The notes under the pieces: model-generated | Databases searched by the model: none | What the model was told of the DNA's origin: nothing | Seen by the model: only the letters and a program-made list of their open reading frames with translations | DNA from: Phallusia mammillata | Lineage: Eukaryota | NCBI GenBank assembly: GCA_965637545.1 | Contig: OZ281497.1 | Coordinates: 8,246,001-8,310,000, forward strand | Direction of reading: 5' to 3' | DNA: 64,000 nucleotides | Made by a program: the position numbers and the translations under genes | Part shown: positions 12,075 to 24,290 of the stretch, piece by piece | Layout of the letters: each line of letters starts with the position of its first letter | Numbering within the stretch: the stretch's first letter is position 1

Positions 12075-13455
12075 ACAAAACCTTAATTCTTCTTCTGTGC
12101 CCAGAGCAACCTCTAGAGTGGTCCCCACAAAAACGATGATGACTAACGAACGACTCCCAGACTTCCCGACCGTGCGCCCGAAGCAAGTGTTACCTCGGTT
12201 TATTGAGATTGTGCCCGAAAACGTGCCGGTATGTGCTTTGGTAGACACAGGGGCGACTGTATCTTTGTTATCCCAACACCTGTGGCGAAAACTTTCAAAC
12301 GTTGGTAATATAAACCTGGAGTCGTGTTCAACTAATTTTGGTCTGGTCGCTGCAAACGGCACACAGTTGAATTCTCTTGGGATAGCTAATGTAAACATTA
12401 AAGTTGGTGGTCTAACTGTGAGCCACCGATTCTGTGTATGCAACCACCCCGCGCATGAGTGCATCATAGGCCTAAACTTGTTGAAAAGGTATAACTGCTC
12501 TCTTTGCTACAAGACCGCACTAATGACCGCCGGGAAAGCAAGAGTGCCGTTGCTGAACCAGTCTTCTATTCCTGAAGAAAAGGAAGTCTTTCTAGCAGAA
12601 CTGACCCGAGTCCCTGCATCAACGGAGGTGCAAGTGATGGGAGAGTTTCCCCCCGACCGCAACGGTGAGTCTTTGTCTTCATTTACTACCGTGGTTGAAC
12701 GGAACCCAGAATTTACTGCACGATTTGGAGTTCTCACGGCCACCGCTGTTACCACTCCTGCCGGACTAACTGTACCTATACGACTTGCCAATTTAAGTGA
12801 CGACGACGTCGAGTTGCCTGCTGGGCTTAAAGTCGCATGCCTGTACCGGGTGGCAGCTTTTGGCCACGTACAATGTACAATGCATCTCGTGTATTATTAG
12901 GTGCCAATGTTGCTAAATGTAGTTGTAACGACTGTTTGCAGACTTCCAAACCTGAGCAAGTTTCCAGCGTCACACACAAAAGCAGAGGACGGCCAGGCTG
13001 ATGAACATTGGCGAAATATAGTCTCCGGAGTAAATATGAGTGATGAATTGACTGCAGGCCAAAGGCGCAAAGTACTTGAAGTTCTGTCAGCGCATACGCG
13101 CGTCTTTTCTACATCCGCAACTGACCTTGGTAAAACTAGTATTACGCAGCATTTTATTGACACAGGAGACGCTCGACCAGTGCGTCAAGCTCCTAGGAGA
13201 ATGCCGCAACGTCACAAGCACAAGGTTGAAGAGATCATCGACGAAATGCGCAAACAAGGTTTAGTCCGTCCGTCAACGTCTCCCTGGTCCAGTTCAATTG
13301 TCCTTGTGAAAAAAAGTCAGGTGACTTAAGATTTTGTATCGATTATCGTGACCTTAACGCCGTCACCAAAAAGAACAGTTATCCCATACCGCGTATAGAC
13401 GACAGTTTAGACGAGATGGCCGATTCCGTTTATTTCTCCACGCTCGACCTTAAAT
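11986..13455 (+). pseudogene. pol: Gypsy Pol: aspartic protease and N-terminal RT, disrupted
   Basis: ALVDTGATVSLL active site; in-frame TAG at 12898; RT motifs SPWSSSIVLVKK and (after a frameshift ~13320) RFCIDYRDLN...YPIPRIDD...FSTLDLK. The sequence then jumps, with no YxDD and no RNase H. Confidence 0.9.
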
Positions 13456-13572
13456 GTAAAAGGAAGGGTTTGCTGTCGATCAGAGTACACGAGCGTTAGC
13501 TGTTAAAGGAACTTCCATAGTCAGTCCCAATCTTTTGCGTACCTGTGGAAACGGGAACGTGACACCTTCGCT

Positions 13573-14895
13573 ATGCATCCCACTGTTTTAGCCGCGTTGC
13601 ATGCTCAATCTCATGGAGGTGGCCATCTTGGCATTGCGAAAACACTTAGTAAGGTGTCAGAAAAATTTTATTGGGCAAGATGGCGTGACGATGTCGAGCA
13701 GTTTTGTCGCCATTGTGCCGAATGTGCATTAAATAAGAAGCCCAGTACAAAACTGCGCGCATCTTTAGACCCTTCTCCAGAGACTCGGCCTTTAGAACGG
13801 ATTGAGATAGACGTGATGGGTCCTTTTCCTTTGACAAGGATCGGTTACCAGTATGTCCTTGTAGCGTGCGATTTGTTTACAAAGTACGGCCGGGCTTGGC
13901 CAATGCGTCACCAAACAGCGACAGAAACAGCCAATTTGCTGCTTCATCGTTGGCTTACCGTCCACGGCGTCCTCGAGGTAGTCCATTCTGATCAGGGCGG
14001 TAATTTCGAAAGCGCCCTGTTTCAGGAACTAATCCGCCTGATGGGTTGCAAGAAAACCCGAACTACCCCGTACCGGCCTTCGGCAAACGGCTGGGCAGAA
14101 AGGAATAACCGAACATTTTAAACATGCTCCGCAATTATGTTCAACAGGATGGAAAGCAGGGGATGAAGCCTTGTCAGCGGTGGTAGCATCATACAATTCC
14201 AGTCGGCATGAAAGCACTGGCTTCGCTCCCCACTACTTGCTTACAGGATCTCCGTTGCGTCTGCCCGCTGACCTGATACATGCGCCCTCGCCACACGACC
14301 AGCAGTCGCCATTGGTCCACCTGGAAGGACTCGGCTGGCACTTTTCAGGAAAGTGGCACGCGAGACCCTCCAGTGTTAACGCAAGCAAATGGAGAAGCAA
14401 TATAACAGTAAGCAAAGCGGTGACACCTTAAACGTTAACGATTCAGTCTTGTTGGAAAACCCGGTTGTGGCGCCGGACGAACGTAGAAAGTTTCAACTGC
14501 CCTATAAAGACCCTTTTCAGATAATAGAGAAGCAAGGACCTGTCAACTACAAAATTGTTGATCAAACCGGCAAAACCCAAGTAGTGCACTTCAATCGCTT
14601 GAAGAAAACATCTGCCAATTTTGATGAGAACAACAATGGAGATGAAATTGTTGGGAAGCGCCATGAAGAAGATGTCGCTTCACGTGAAGAAGCACGTGGT
14701 ACCAACAAGCCGTTACCAACTGTTGTTGTCCTGGTGATGGTCCCGAGCACCGAAGACGATTCAGGAAAACGCGGTTCTAAACGACCCCTATGCGACAACG
14801 GGTCTGGTTTATCAGCGGACGTGCAGCTTATGAGCGACGCGTTGGAAACTAGACCGAAGAGAATGCGTAAACAGGCGGAATTCTACCAGAGTTAA
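13573..14895 (+). pseudogene. pol: Gypsy integrase, frameshifted
   Basis: HHCC motif (H-x7-GH...C-x2-C), D (IDVMGP), D (HSDQG), E (AERNNR), GPY/F-like C-terminus (PYKDPFQI...VHFNRLK); frameshifts near 14120 and 14340-14390. Confidence 0.9.
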
Positions 14896-14924
14896 AGAAA
14901 GAGTACGCCGGGAGTAGGACTAAT

Positions 14925-14937
14925 GCAGGCGGGAGAG
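14925..14937 (+). other. Polypurine tract
   Basis: gcaggcgggagag immediately before the 3' LTR TG. Confidence 0.7.
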
Positions 14938-15773
14938 TGTAACGTAAACCGGTGTTCACTTAGTTTGTTTATTCACTGTGATTACTTAGTTTGGCATACG
15001 TTTATTTAATATTTAATTATTGCACTTGATTTTCACAGTACCTTTATTTATGTTTATCAATTAATATATCTGTGTTTCACTGTGTTCGTTCAGTTTGATA
15101 TACGCTTATTTAATATTTAATCATTGCACATTATTTTCACTGCAACTTTATTTACCCATTAATATATTAGTTCTTTTGTTTCATAATGTTTGTGTATTTT
15201 GTTTGGCCACATTTATTTTCACGTAATTCCTCCACCTCTTGATTTTTCGCCTTTTGTTTTCTTGTGTTCCATTTTCACCCGTTTTCACTTTAATATCTTT
15301 TTATGTACTTTTAACACCGGCAACATTCGAACGCATCCCCGCTTCAGTGATTTCCCGTGGCGCATTGTGATTGGTCACATTCTAGAGGCATGTGACGTCG
15401 TTTCTCCTTGTGTTTGGTGTGGCAGTTCTCTCCTGGCCCCGGTAAAGTGTGCGCGATTGTTTTGGTGCTGTTGTGCTGTTATTGTGTTTTGCTATAGTGC
15501 AACGTGGTTATTGCTGTGACGTAACGTGATCGAACAGTGCCTTTCAAAGGTTTTATTAATTACAATATATAATATTTTTGGCCAGTTGCGAAGTCACCGT
15601 TGTAACAATTGGTTTTAGCGATAAGCCGTTATAGTGCAGGGTCTTTCACGAATTAGGGAGGGAGCCTCGAGTGTTAGAATACAATCGGGATAGTTGGGGA
15701 GGTTTAGCGTTAAAGATCTCGCACCCAAACAACTTTCTCTAAACTTCGAAGTTACCAAAATAATTCCGTAACA
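14938..15773 (+). repeat. 3' LTR (836 bp, no MITEs)
   Basis: tgtaacg...cgtaaca termini, followed by TSD catg. Confidence 0.93.
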
Positions 15774-16211
15774 CATGTAGTTCAAAACTATAGCTTTTAG
15801 GAATGCTCGGAGATGGATTTATCTTGTATTTACACCAAATTAAGATTTGATGACTTTGTTGCTAAATTTGAAACATGCTAACTTTGATGAGGTTGTAATC
15901 TGGAAGGATTTTCATTAATTGCATGACACAGGTATACAACTTGGTTTGTTGTACAAATGAATAAAAGCATGCAACAAGAGTGATCTTGCGAAAACGAGCA
16001 TAAACCAAGTCTTAAACGAACCACAGACGTTGCAAAAAATATTTGATTCAGTACAGTAAATGCGTTATCTCGGAACAGTCTTTATACAGATGTCATCATG
16101 TTAACAAACAAAAACCATTTTACCCGACTAGGTATTGCTCTATCGTATTAGTATATTTTTATTTTACCTTTGACAGCATTCAAAATCAAGCACCAATTTG
16201 TGTAAGTGCCT

Positions 16212-18582
16212 TCACACATAAGTAATAATGTACATTGGATAAACGCTGGCGTCTTTAAATACTACATATAGTTTGGTTTTTTTTATATCATCAACGACAC
16301 TGTTATAGGGTGTTCCGTCTCGCTTGAGGGGTGCGACACTCAGATTGGATTTTCCCAAGCAGTAATGTCCAGTGATAACTTGCGCTAAAATAATGTGACT
16401 GAGTCCGTTTTGATCTGGTTCTGCATAGCCACTTGAGTAAGATGCTGTTGTAGCAAAATACACTCCTTTTCCAAAACGAGTGCCTAAAGGAAAAAATCTT
16501 CGTTTGTATACATGAAATGCTTTTAGTAACAGCTTTTGTTGCTTCGCAGTTGTTAATTGTCAAACCAAGGTTTTTACATAGACTGACATTGACAGAATGT
16601 GACCGCAGGTACTCTTTAGACGAAAATCAAATTGCAGTTTTTACCAACTAGGCCAACTTGTGTTAACAAATCTGTTAATTTGTCTACAAGAAAACGATGA
16701 AACTATAGTAGAACCTGCAAGTAAGCTAATTATTTAATCTAAACAGAAAACTAATTTAGAACGGGTATTAGAACAAAAATTTTTACCATTCTTCCCAGCA
16801 TATCCTTTGTCGAAACCATCCTTACATATTTTTTCTGTAACACCTTTTTGGTTTCCATGGAACAGATTCTGAGTGAATGGGATTTGTGTTAACCCTGAAC
16901 GGAGAAGTTGTTTCGTCACCGTCTCTTTCTGTGCCTTAAATTGTTTGTAGAGGGTGGGATTTTGCACTCTTACAATCTAAAAAATAATAATTTCGCCCCT
17001 TGTTTTCAATTACACAAGTAACAGTAAAAACTCTCGTAAGATAGTAATACTTATGTTATTTGCTATGCAAATCGCTTTTACCCAGCAAATAACCAAATGA
17101 ATTATTTTACCCTTACAACCCTTTTTTGAAGGGTTACTCTAAACTTCTTGTCAACGTCATGATATTCCATTGTATTGTTAGGGACAACGACATTCTTCGA
17201 AATGGAATTGCCCATACCCACCCAGGTATTTGGAAATTCTGAAAAACTGCCTGAAAAACGAATTTTAGTTTTTCTCAAAAAAAAAATGAAATAATAAATG
17301 TTTCTATTTTAATAAATGAGCACTTAATAATGAGATTGTCAGTCTAAACTAGCGTTAGAGACAAGAAGCTTGAAAGGCAATTGGATACACAGACAGACAC
17401 ACAGATGATGTAAAAGTGTATCTACAACAAGCAAATATTTGCAACAACAACCGGCTATTAAACTTTTGCCAGACGAAGATAACATGATTTTACATCCTTT
17501 ACGAAGGCGCAGCAAACAAAACAGTCAATAAAATTTACCTGTATTATAAATGTACGGTAGCACGGTTCGATTCCGAACCGTTCTTTTGAATCGCTGAAAT
17601 AAAATTGACACAATTTTGGGTTTTTCAAAAGAAAACAAACCTGATTTCTAAGATCCTTGTTTTTTCATAGCCAGTCACATGAAAAATGTAGGTCATGAAC
17701 GCAAAAAACAAACAAATTGAATTGAACTCACCACGTTTAAGCAACAGCTTTTAATTTTTCCCCAGGGTGTTTCGTCCCCATATAATGAATCTGGTTTATA
17801 ATTTAATGCAAATTGGTTTGTTTTTTAACTTAAATTAACATCGGCATACCTAACTCTGCTTTCCAACCGGGACAACAGCTAAAAGAGCTAAAGAGCCAAG
17901 CCCCAATACTATAGCCGTAACCTGTTCCGAGCCCCACGGTTCCAAATGCAATTGGGAAAATAACAAAACCGATGAAATATAAAGAACCTACATAGATGAA
18001 TAAATTGGTTATAAAACAAATTTCACAGAAACCAGAGTCTTGCAAAGCACTTACTTGATAGTATAGTTGTAAACCTCAAAGATAGTTTACAGTTTTCTTT
18101 TCTTTTGCAAAAATACAAAATGAACAGAAACAAAGAAACAAACTGTGTTAAAATACCAAGAAGCATCATGGCAGCTACAGCTCTTCTTTCATGAGTTTGA
18201 AGATCTGAGCAACTGTACAGAAAAAAAACATAACCTTTCCCTTTTGCAAGCGGTTGCGGTATTTACTGGAAATATGTGTATATAATAGCAGGAGTATTGG
18301 TTATTTCTCAAAATCGTCTTGTAAAGATTACAACTACTAAGTTTCTAAAACTTGCAATAAGTGCTTCTCCAAATGCTGTTTCGACAGAAACAATTGTTTA
18401 CAAGTTATATTCTTACCGTTAGGAATGGCCATACATGAATCATTTTCGCACAAAACGAACAGTCCCAGTGAACGGTTTTCATCTAACCATTGTGGTGAAG
18501 ATACAGCTGCTATTGCAAAACATAATGAAACTACGATAAATACTCCAGCTAGCAAATAGTGCACTTTCGGAGATAATTTCAT
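16212..18582 (-). CDS. Claudin/PMP22-like tetraspan - PARP-family mono-ADP-ribosyltransferase fusion, 8 exons, 385 aa (copy A, apparently intact)
   Basis: Exons 18582-18417, 18204-18055, 17987-17850, 17790-17732, 17593-17539, 17238-17111, 16976-16787, 16483-16212. All introns are GT-AG with matching phases, total 1158 nt with no internal stop. N-terminal W...GLF..C....C claudin signature and four hydrophobic segments; C-terminal FPNTW...EY..V...RVQN...LFHG...GVYFA...KLYVVF...YPMYII PARP core. Confidence 0.88.
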
Positions 18583-19407
18583 TGTAGTAGTTTAGGCGCT
18601 ACGAAGTTGTCCAGGAAACCTTGGCTGTTACAAAAGGTATATTTTGTTCGCTTGTGGAAACACGTTACGATGTAACATTATATTCCTGAAAGTCCCACAT
18701 ACCTTTGGTTCCTCTTTAATAGCTGCTTGATTTACAAGACCAAATAGTTTACACAACTTGTTATGCTTAAAGCAAAAAGTAACCCTGATTAACGGTTTTT
18801 CTGCCCCAAATAATTGCTGACACTATGTGCATATGGTGTAATAGTTCATCTGTGACTATAATCCACGATTTCCAACAGGCTTATTGTTTATCAGTATGCA
18901 AAAGTAGACTACCCCATTGCGCTAATCCTACCCAGGGTTTAGATAAATATTCATCAACTAAGTGCAAAAGAATCAACTGAAGCGTGTAACTAATACATCA
19001 GCCTTACGTACATTAAAATACTTTTCATTCACAAATAACAGGTTCAGTCTAAAATGTATCGTTTCAAAACTTTCGCTCAACATGTCTTAAAATCGTGTTT
19101 GCATCATGTTTCGATACGGGTATTTGAGACTATTTGACGCAATACGTGTTGCAATAAAGCATTGATTCCTTATTTTAAGGCGCTTTATCTATGTAAACTA
19201 CCTAACTTACACGCAACTAGTAGTCCACGTAAAGTACGTCAATACAAGCTGCAAATACAATGAGCACTGCTATAGGCTCATTTATAACCAGTTGTCAGTC
19301 CTTTACTGTCATGGAATGTTTGACTCTTTTTTGTTTGGACACGCTAGCTTCGAGTAATTTGACAAATTTCTAGCCTACAAGCCATCTGTCTCATTATTAT
19401 ACTTGGG

Positions 19408-19971
19408 NNNNNNNNNNNNNNNNNNNNNNNNNNNNNNNNNNNNNNNNNNNNNNNNNNNNNNNNNNNNNNNNNNNNNNNNNNNNNNNNNNNNNNNNNNNNN
19501 NNNNNNNNNNNNNNNNNNNNNNNNNNNNNNNNNNNNNNNNNNNNNNNNNNNNNNNNNNNNNNNNNNNNNNNNNNNNNNNNNNNNNNNNNNNNNNNNNNNN
19601 NNNNNNNNNNNNNNNNNNNNNNNNNNNNNNNNNNNNNNNNNNNNNNNNNNNNNNNNNNNNNNNNNNNNNNNNNNNNNNNNNNNNNNNNNNNNNNNNNNNN
19701 NNNNNNNNNNNNNNNNNNNNNNNNNNNNNNNNNNNNNNNNNNNNNNNNNNNNNNNNNNNNNNNNNNNNNNNNNNNNNNNNNNNNNNNNNNNNNNNNNNNN
19801 NNNNNNNNNNNNNNNNNNNNNNNNNNNNNNNNNNNNNNNNNNNNNNNNNNNNNNNNNNNNNNNNNNNNNNNNNNNNNNNNNNNNNNNNNNNNNNNNNNNN
19901 NNNNNNNNNNNNNNNNNNNNNNNNNNNNNNNNNNNNNNNNNNNNNNNNNNNNNNNNNNNNNNNNNNNNNNN
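19408..19971. other. Assembly gap (564 N)
   Basis: Run of N; the ORF-track call 19403-20044 is an artefact of it. Confidence 1.
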
Positions 19972-21034
19972 ATTTTATCTGGCCTTTACCGGATTTTCAT
20001 CAACACAACAACGCCAAGGCAACAGGGTATTCAAAAACATTTAGTTGACTTTTGGCAAGACCGAAGCGATGCAGCGTTGAAACTTAAGGCCCTCCACTGC
20101 GTACAAAGAGTAGACAACTTCTATAAACATTTCAAACATCCAACAATTTCTCTCACAGCAAGCATTTACGTAGTTCTGGGAAATACCACTGTGGGTAGCA
20201 AACTTTCTCTCACTCTACAGTACTGGTTTGATGTCATTTGTTACGCCAAAATCGATTTAACTGTTATAGCAAGCCCAACCAAAAAGGAACCGAGAGTTTA
20301 AGTTTGCATCATTATCCCAACGATTATCCCAAGTTTGTATGATTATGAGTTTGGAGCACGTGGTTCAGGACAGTAATGTACGAGCACAGTTTACAAAATG
20401 GAAATGGCGGTAATAGCAATCAGCAAATTCCACGATTTGATGCGTATAATGAACACTGTACCAAGGGCGCTAAAATTTCTTACTGTTATCATCAATCAAA
20501 CGTCTAACGCTTGTTCATGCTATAAAGTATTTTAGACCACGTTTTAGTCACGACATAACTGACAGAAAATCCTGTTCCAACAACATAGCAAATATTTCGA
20601 TTTTTGTCTTATGCCCCCTTTTGCCGAAACGTAGACTGAGCACGGTTCACTGTTGGTTACAATGTTCCATTTCTGGAGTAAATAATTATAGCTTAACAGC
20701 CCATGACCCTACTGAGGGTGTGCGTGTTGCATTAAATTTTCATGAAGTATTTTTAACGATACGACATCGTTACCTTTTTTTAGAGCCGATTTGTACGCTT
20801 ACGTGTAAGAGATGTTGTTGCCTCAAAAGCTTGAAGGGTGCTTACAGTCCACTAAACAGCCTAAACTGGGGTCCTAAATACGCATGCAAAAGTAAAACTG
20901 TAAAACATCAGATCGCGTCATCAGATAATCTTTAAACAGCGAAACTTTATTTAGCTCGACATCTTTTAGCACAGCATATCCCATGTGCACATGTTTTCCA
21001 CGAATCAATTTATAATTTTCTGGACACGAAAAGG

Positions 21035-21775
21035 TGTGCAGGGTGCAACATGCTTTTCCTTTCGCAACAGTGAGATTTGGTCATGGAATAAAGCACCCTC
21101 AGGAATTTTGTTTCATGTAAAGTTTTATCGCTCGCCATTTACTCCAAGAAGAACTTCCCGGTAGCTGCGTTCGGTGTTCTTTGCTTTCGTCACCCTTTGT
21201 TTCACGTTCCGTTCTACAAATTCCATGAATGTGCTGCAAGTGCTCGGCAAACTTTTTGCGTTTCCATAAAGTTTGATGGAATGTTCATAAAGTGCAATGT
21301 CCTGAAATGCGAAAAACACTTTGTGGTCATAAAAATACCTCAGAAATAAAAATGTAGAGTGTATACTACAAAACTGCACCATGTCACCAAGCACGTAAAC
21401 AATAAAATATTATTTAAAGCTGTAACGGTTTTAAATTGCTTTTCATAACACCGGCAGCTTATTGTTCCATTATAATATCTTAAGTAGTAGTATTAAATTA
21501 TATGCTTTGAATAATTTGCTACGTTGGTAAACCTAATCGCGAATTAAACAAAGAAAAACTCATAGGATGTTGTTGAGTTTTTGGAACGCACTCTTTTCCT
21601 CGTAGGACCTAAATGGAAATTCGCTTGTATGAAGCTTCTTTGTGTCCCTCGGGATGTTTACCTCACTTAAACTCATGCACATAATATCCTAACAAAATTT
21701 GTTACTTTTGATTAAAATCGACAAACACAATTCCAGGTAAGAGCGAAGCAAATAATTAAAACTTAGACAAAGACC
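21035..21775 (-). repeat. Inverted copy of the 7715-8450 repeat
   Basis: Colinear reverse-complement match; includes the minus-strand ORF 21125-21394. Confidence 0.8.
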
Positions 21776-22220
21776 TTTTTTAGCAACAGTTTATATTTGT
21801 CAAACGCAAGGGGTGCGACATCCGGTATAAGGTCTAAACCTAATCGACGTTTTGTTTTTCAAATAGAATACTTGTGTTAAGTGATACATTTTTGTTTCAA
21901 TTACTGCACTAAACGGACCTTTAACAACACCAATGACTCATCCATATATACGTTGACCATGACAAGATCCAATTCATTGTCTAACTTTTGAATTTTCTTT
22001 TAATTTCCGCCTTATCGGTTAACATTGCATTAATTCCAAGATCATGTGATTGATAATAGTGAACTTTTTACGTAATTACACAATACATAAGTTTTAAAAA
22101 CAAAGACATTTTTTTCATTATTTAGTTGTTAAAACAATTACGATTTAGACATAATAAACCTGAGAATTAGAATATTAAAGTTCGAGGGAATAAACACGTT
22201 TCTTAAAATAAACAAAGTAT

Positions 22221-22286
22221 AAATAACCGTGATGAAAACGGTAAATAACCGTGATGAAAACGGTGAATAACCGTGATGAAAACGGT
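22221..22286. repeat. 22-bp tandem repeat x3
   Basis: aaataaccgtgatgaaaacggt, three copies with one mismatch. Confidence 0.95.
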
Positions 22287-22287
22287 A

Positions 22288-22471
22288 ACACTGGACTTTC
22301 GCTGACGCCCGGTCTGGGAATTTCTGGTAGGTAGCGCAACGGAGCATATGCGTTTATGGTGCTGACTCAGTAATTCGGGTTTATGGTAAGAATGATTTCT
22401 GAGTCAGCACCATAAACGCATATGCCCTGTTGCGCCACTTACCAAACCGGGTGTCAGCGAAATTCCAGTGT
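22288..22471. mobile_element. Foldback MITE-like palindrome (184 bp)
   Basis: Long inverted arms acactggactttcgctgac...gcatatgcgtttatggtgctgactcag / ctgagtcagcaccataaacgcatatgc...gtcagcgaaattccagtgt, flanked by TA on both sides. Confidence 0.75.
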
Positions 22472-23346
22472 TAGTAGTTCTACCGATGAAAACAAAGTCT
22501 ACAGTTGAAACCGATCAAATTTTAATTGATGCAAGATTCATTAAACAAATATTACCTGAAGTACCAGGACACTGAATTGTGAACCAACTTTGAGGATCTC
22601 ATTAGAAACTCGTTGACAGTTAAGTTTTGTCCCCGGTTAACATATACAATATGCATTCCAAAACAATTTAATTTATCTATCAGCTTATAGGCTGATACAG
22701 ACTAACCAGATTTCGGGCAGGTAACAGCGTCGCATTTCATCGGCATCGAATCTCGTATGCAATAGGGTCATTGTACCATTCCTCGAATTTCTAAAATCGC
22801 ACCGAAATTTTCCCGGATATCCTCCGACGAACGGATCGGGAAAAGGTGTAACCAATTTCTGTTTGAATAGGTGCTGTTTTAACAGTTATGCTTTGATGTT
22901 GTTGTTCAGAATCAGAACATCTAACAAATTGTTGACATCACATAACTATTCCAACTAACAGAAACAAGATAATACAACTTACATGATATCATTTGTGTTT
23001 TAGGATGTAATAGTAAAACAGAATGATTTTGTGCGATAAAAAAATAATTCACTTGTTTAACATATTCGTTTTAGATGACACACTTGATACGTACTATGAG
23101 AAAAACGTTCTTTTTGGAACCTGGTTGGCGTTATTAGTTCGTTGTTGCCCTTGTGTGCCATAGCATTATATGCAGTGAAAACACTGAATCTAAACTCTTA
23201 TTTGGAAAAAATATCCAACGACATATACAAAGGTATTCTTATTTTTCACATGCCATTGCTTCTTTTTTTGTTCGTAGGAAACTTCGTCAATCTGCAGTAT
23301 GTTACGTTTTGCATTGAGATGTTACGATATTTCATGGCTTTTACCC

Positions 23347-24290
23347 TTTCTCCTTCTCGGGGATGCACCTACTTATCCACGTGCATCGACCTGTCACCAG
23401 ATGGCCAGAAGCTTTCCCTATTGCAGATGCAACAGCGCAGTCTTGCACAAGAGCTCTACTCCCTTGAGTCTCACGATTCGGAACGCCACAAACCATTACA
23501 CCAGATAAAGGACGTAAGTTTGAGTCAACACTTTGTGCCAGACTTAATATGTTATTGGGTGCCCATCGACAACGAGCAACCTCCTACCATGCCCAATGCA
23601 ACGGAATTGTGGAACGAATGGATCGTCAGCTGAAGGCCGATTTAAAAGCACGTTTAACAACCACCGTATGGTTGGACCATCTTCCAATTGTACTGCTTGG
23701 AATGAGAATCTGCTGTACAGTAAGACCTTGGATGATCTGCCGCAGAGTTGATGTATAGTGCTACACTACAGTTGCACGGAAGGTTTTTCACGTCGTCAAC
23801 TGAACCACAAGATCCAACGTCGTTTTTGTCAAAACTAAATAAAGCAATGCATGACTTGCGACCGACTCCGACAACCTGGCATCGACACTCTCACGACAAA
23901 GTGCCCACTTATTACGCAATTACAGTTTAGTTATTGTTCGTAACGACACGCACCGGACACCCTTACAACGCGCCTATGACAGTCCATTTAAAATGATTAG
24001 TAAACATGCTAAATATTTTGTCTTGAAATTAATGGGTGACAATTAAGACACTGTGTCCAATGACCGTTTGAAACCGGCCTATATTTATCATACTTTTATG
24101 TCGCGAGAATCTACCAATCGTGTTTTACCTGTTTCTCCTTCTATCATATCCCAACAGTGAAGCGCTCCGGTCGAGTTATTAATTTACCTTTGCGTTATCG
24201 TGTTCGACTCTTGTACACTGGTGTAGGGTATTGCAGCCTATCTTTAAACTGCACGCGACACGGGAGAGCACTTGCGTTGTTTTGCTCGGG
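23347..24290 (+). mobile_element. Gypsy integrase-PPT-LTR remnant (CsRn1/Kabuki-like motifs)
   Basis: Broken frames read PSRGCTYL..., WPEAFPI, YHAQCNGIVERMDRQLKA, WLDHLPIVLLGMR; colinear with 36395-37430. The clade assignment is by motif recollection only. Confidence 0.85.

Larger units (their letters stand above)
9048..15773 (+). mobile_element. Ty3/Gypsy LTR retrotransposon, internally deleted, non-autonomous
   Basis: TG...CA LTRs at 9048-11112 and 14938-15773, 4-bp TSD CATG (9044-9047, 15774-15777), PBS, PPT, and order gag-protease-RT-integrase. Confidence 0.95.

Noticed and set aside
15190-15519. 109-aa hydrophobic ORF in the 3' LTR (env-like?)
   Set aside because: T-rich LTR sequence, downstream of the PPT, no env features.
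18235-18286. 31-nt micro-exon in the tetraspan-PARP gene
   Set aside because: Would need a 22-nt intron; the acceptor at 18205 gives a correct phase without it.
19403-20044. 213-aa ORF in the track
   Set aside because: Almost entirely N gap.
22221-22286. CRISPR-like repeat array
   Set aside because: Head-to-tail units without spacers, in a eukaryotic context.
21900-22870. Ig-like fragments on the minus strand (VYVNRGQNLTV...VSWYF; LVMVNVYMDE)
   Set aside because: Canonical cysteines missing, order and frames inconsistent; resemblance too weak without an HMM search.
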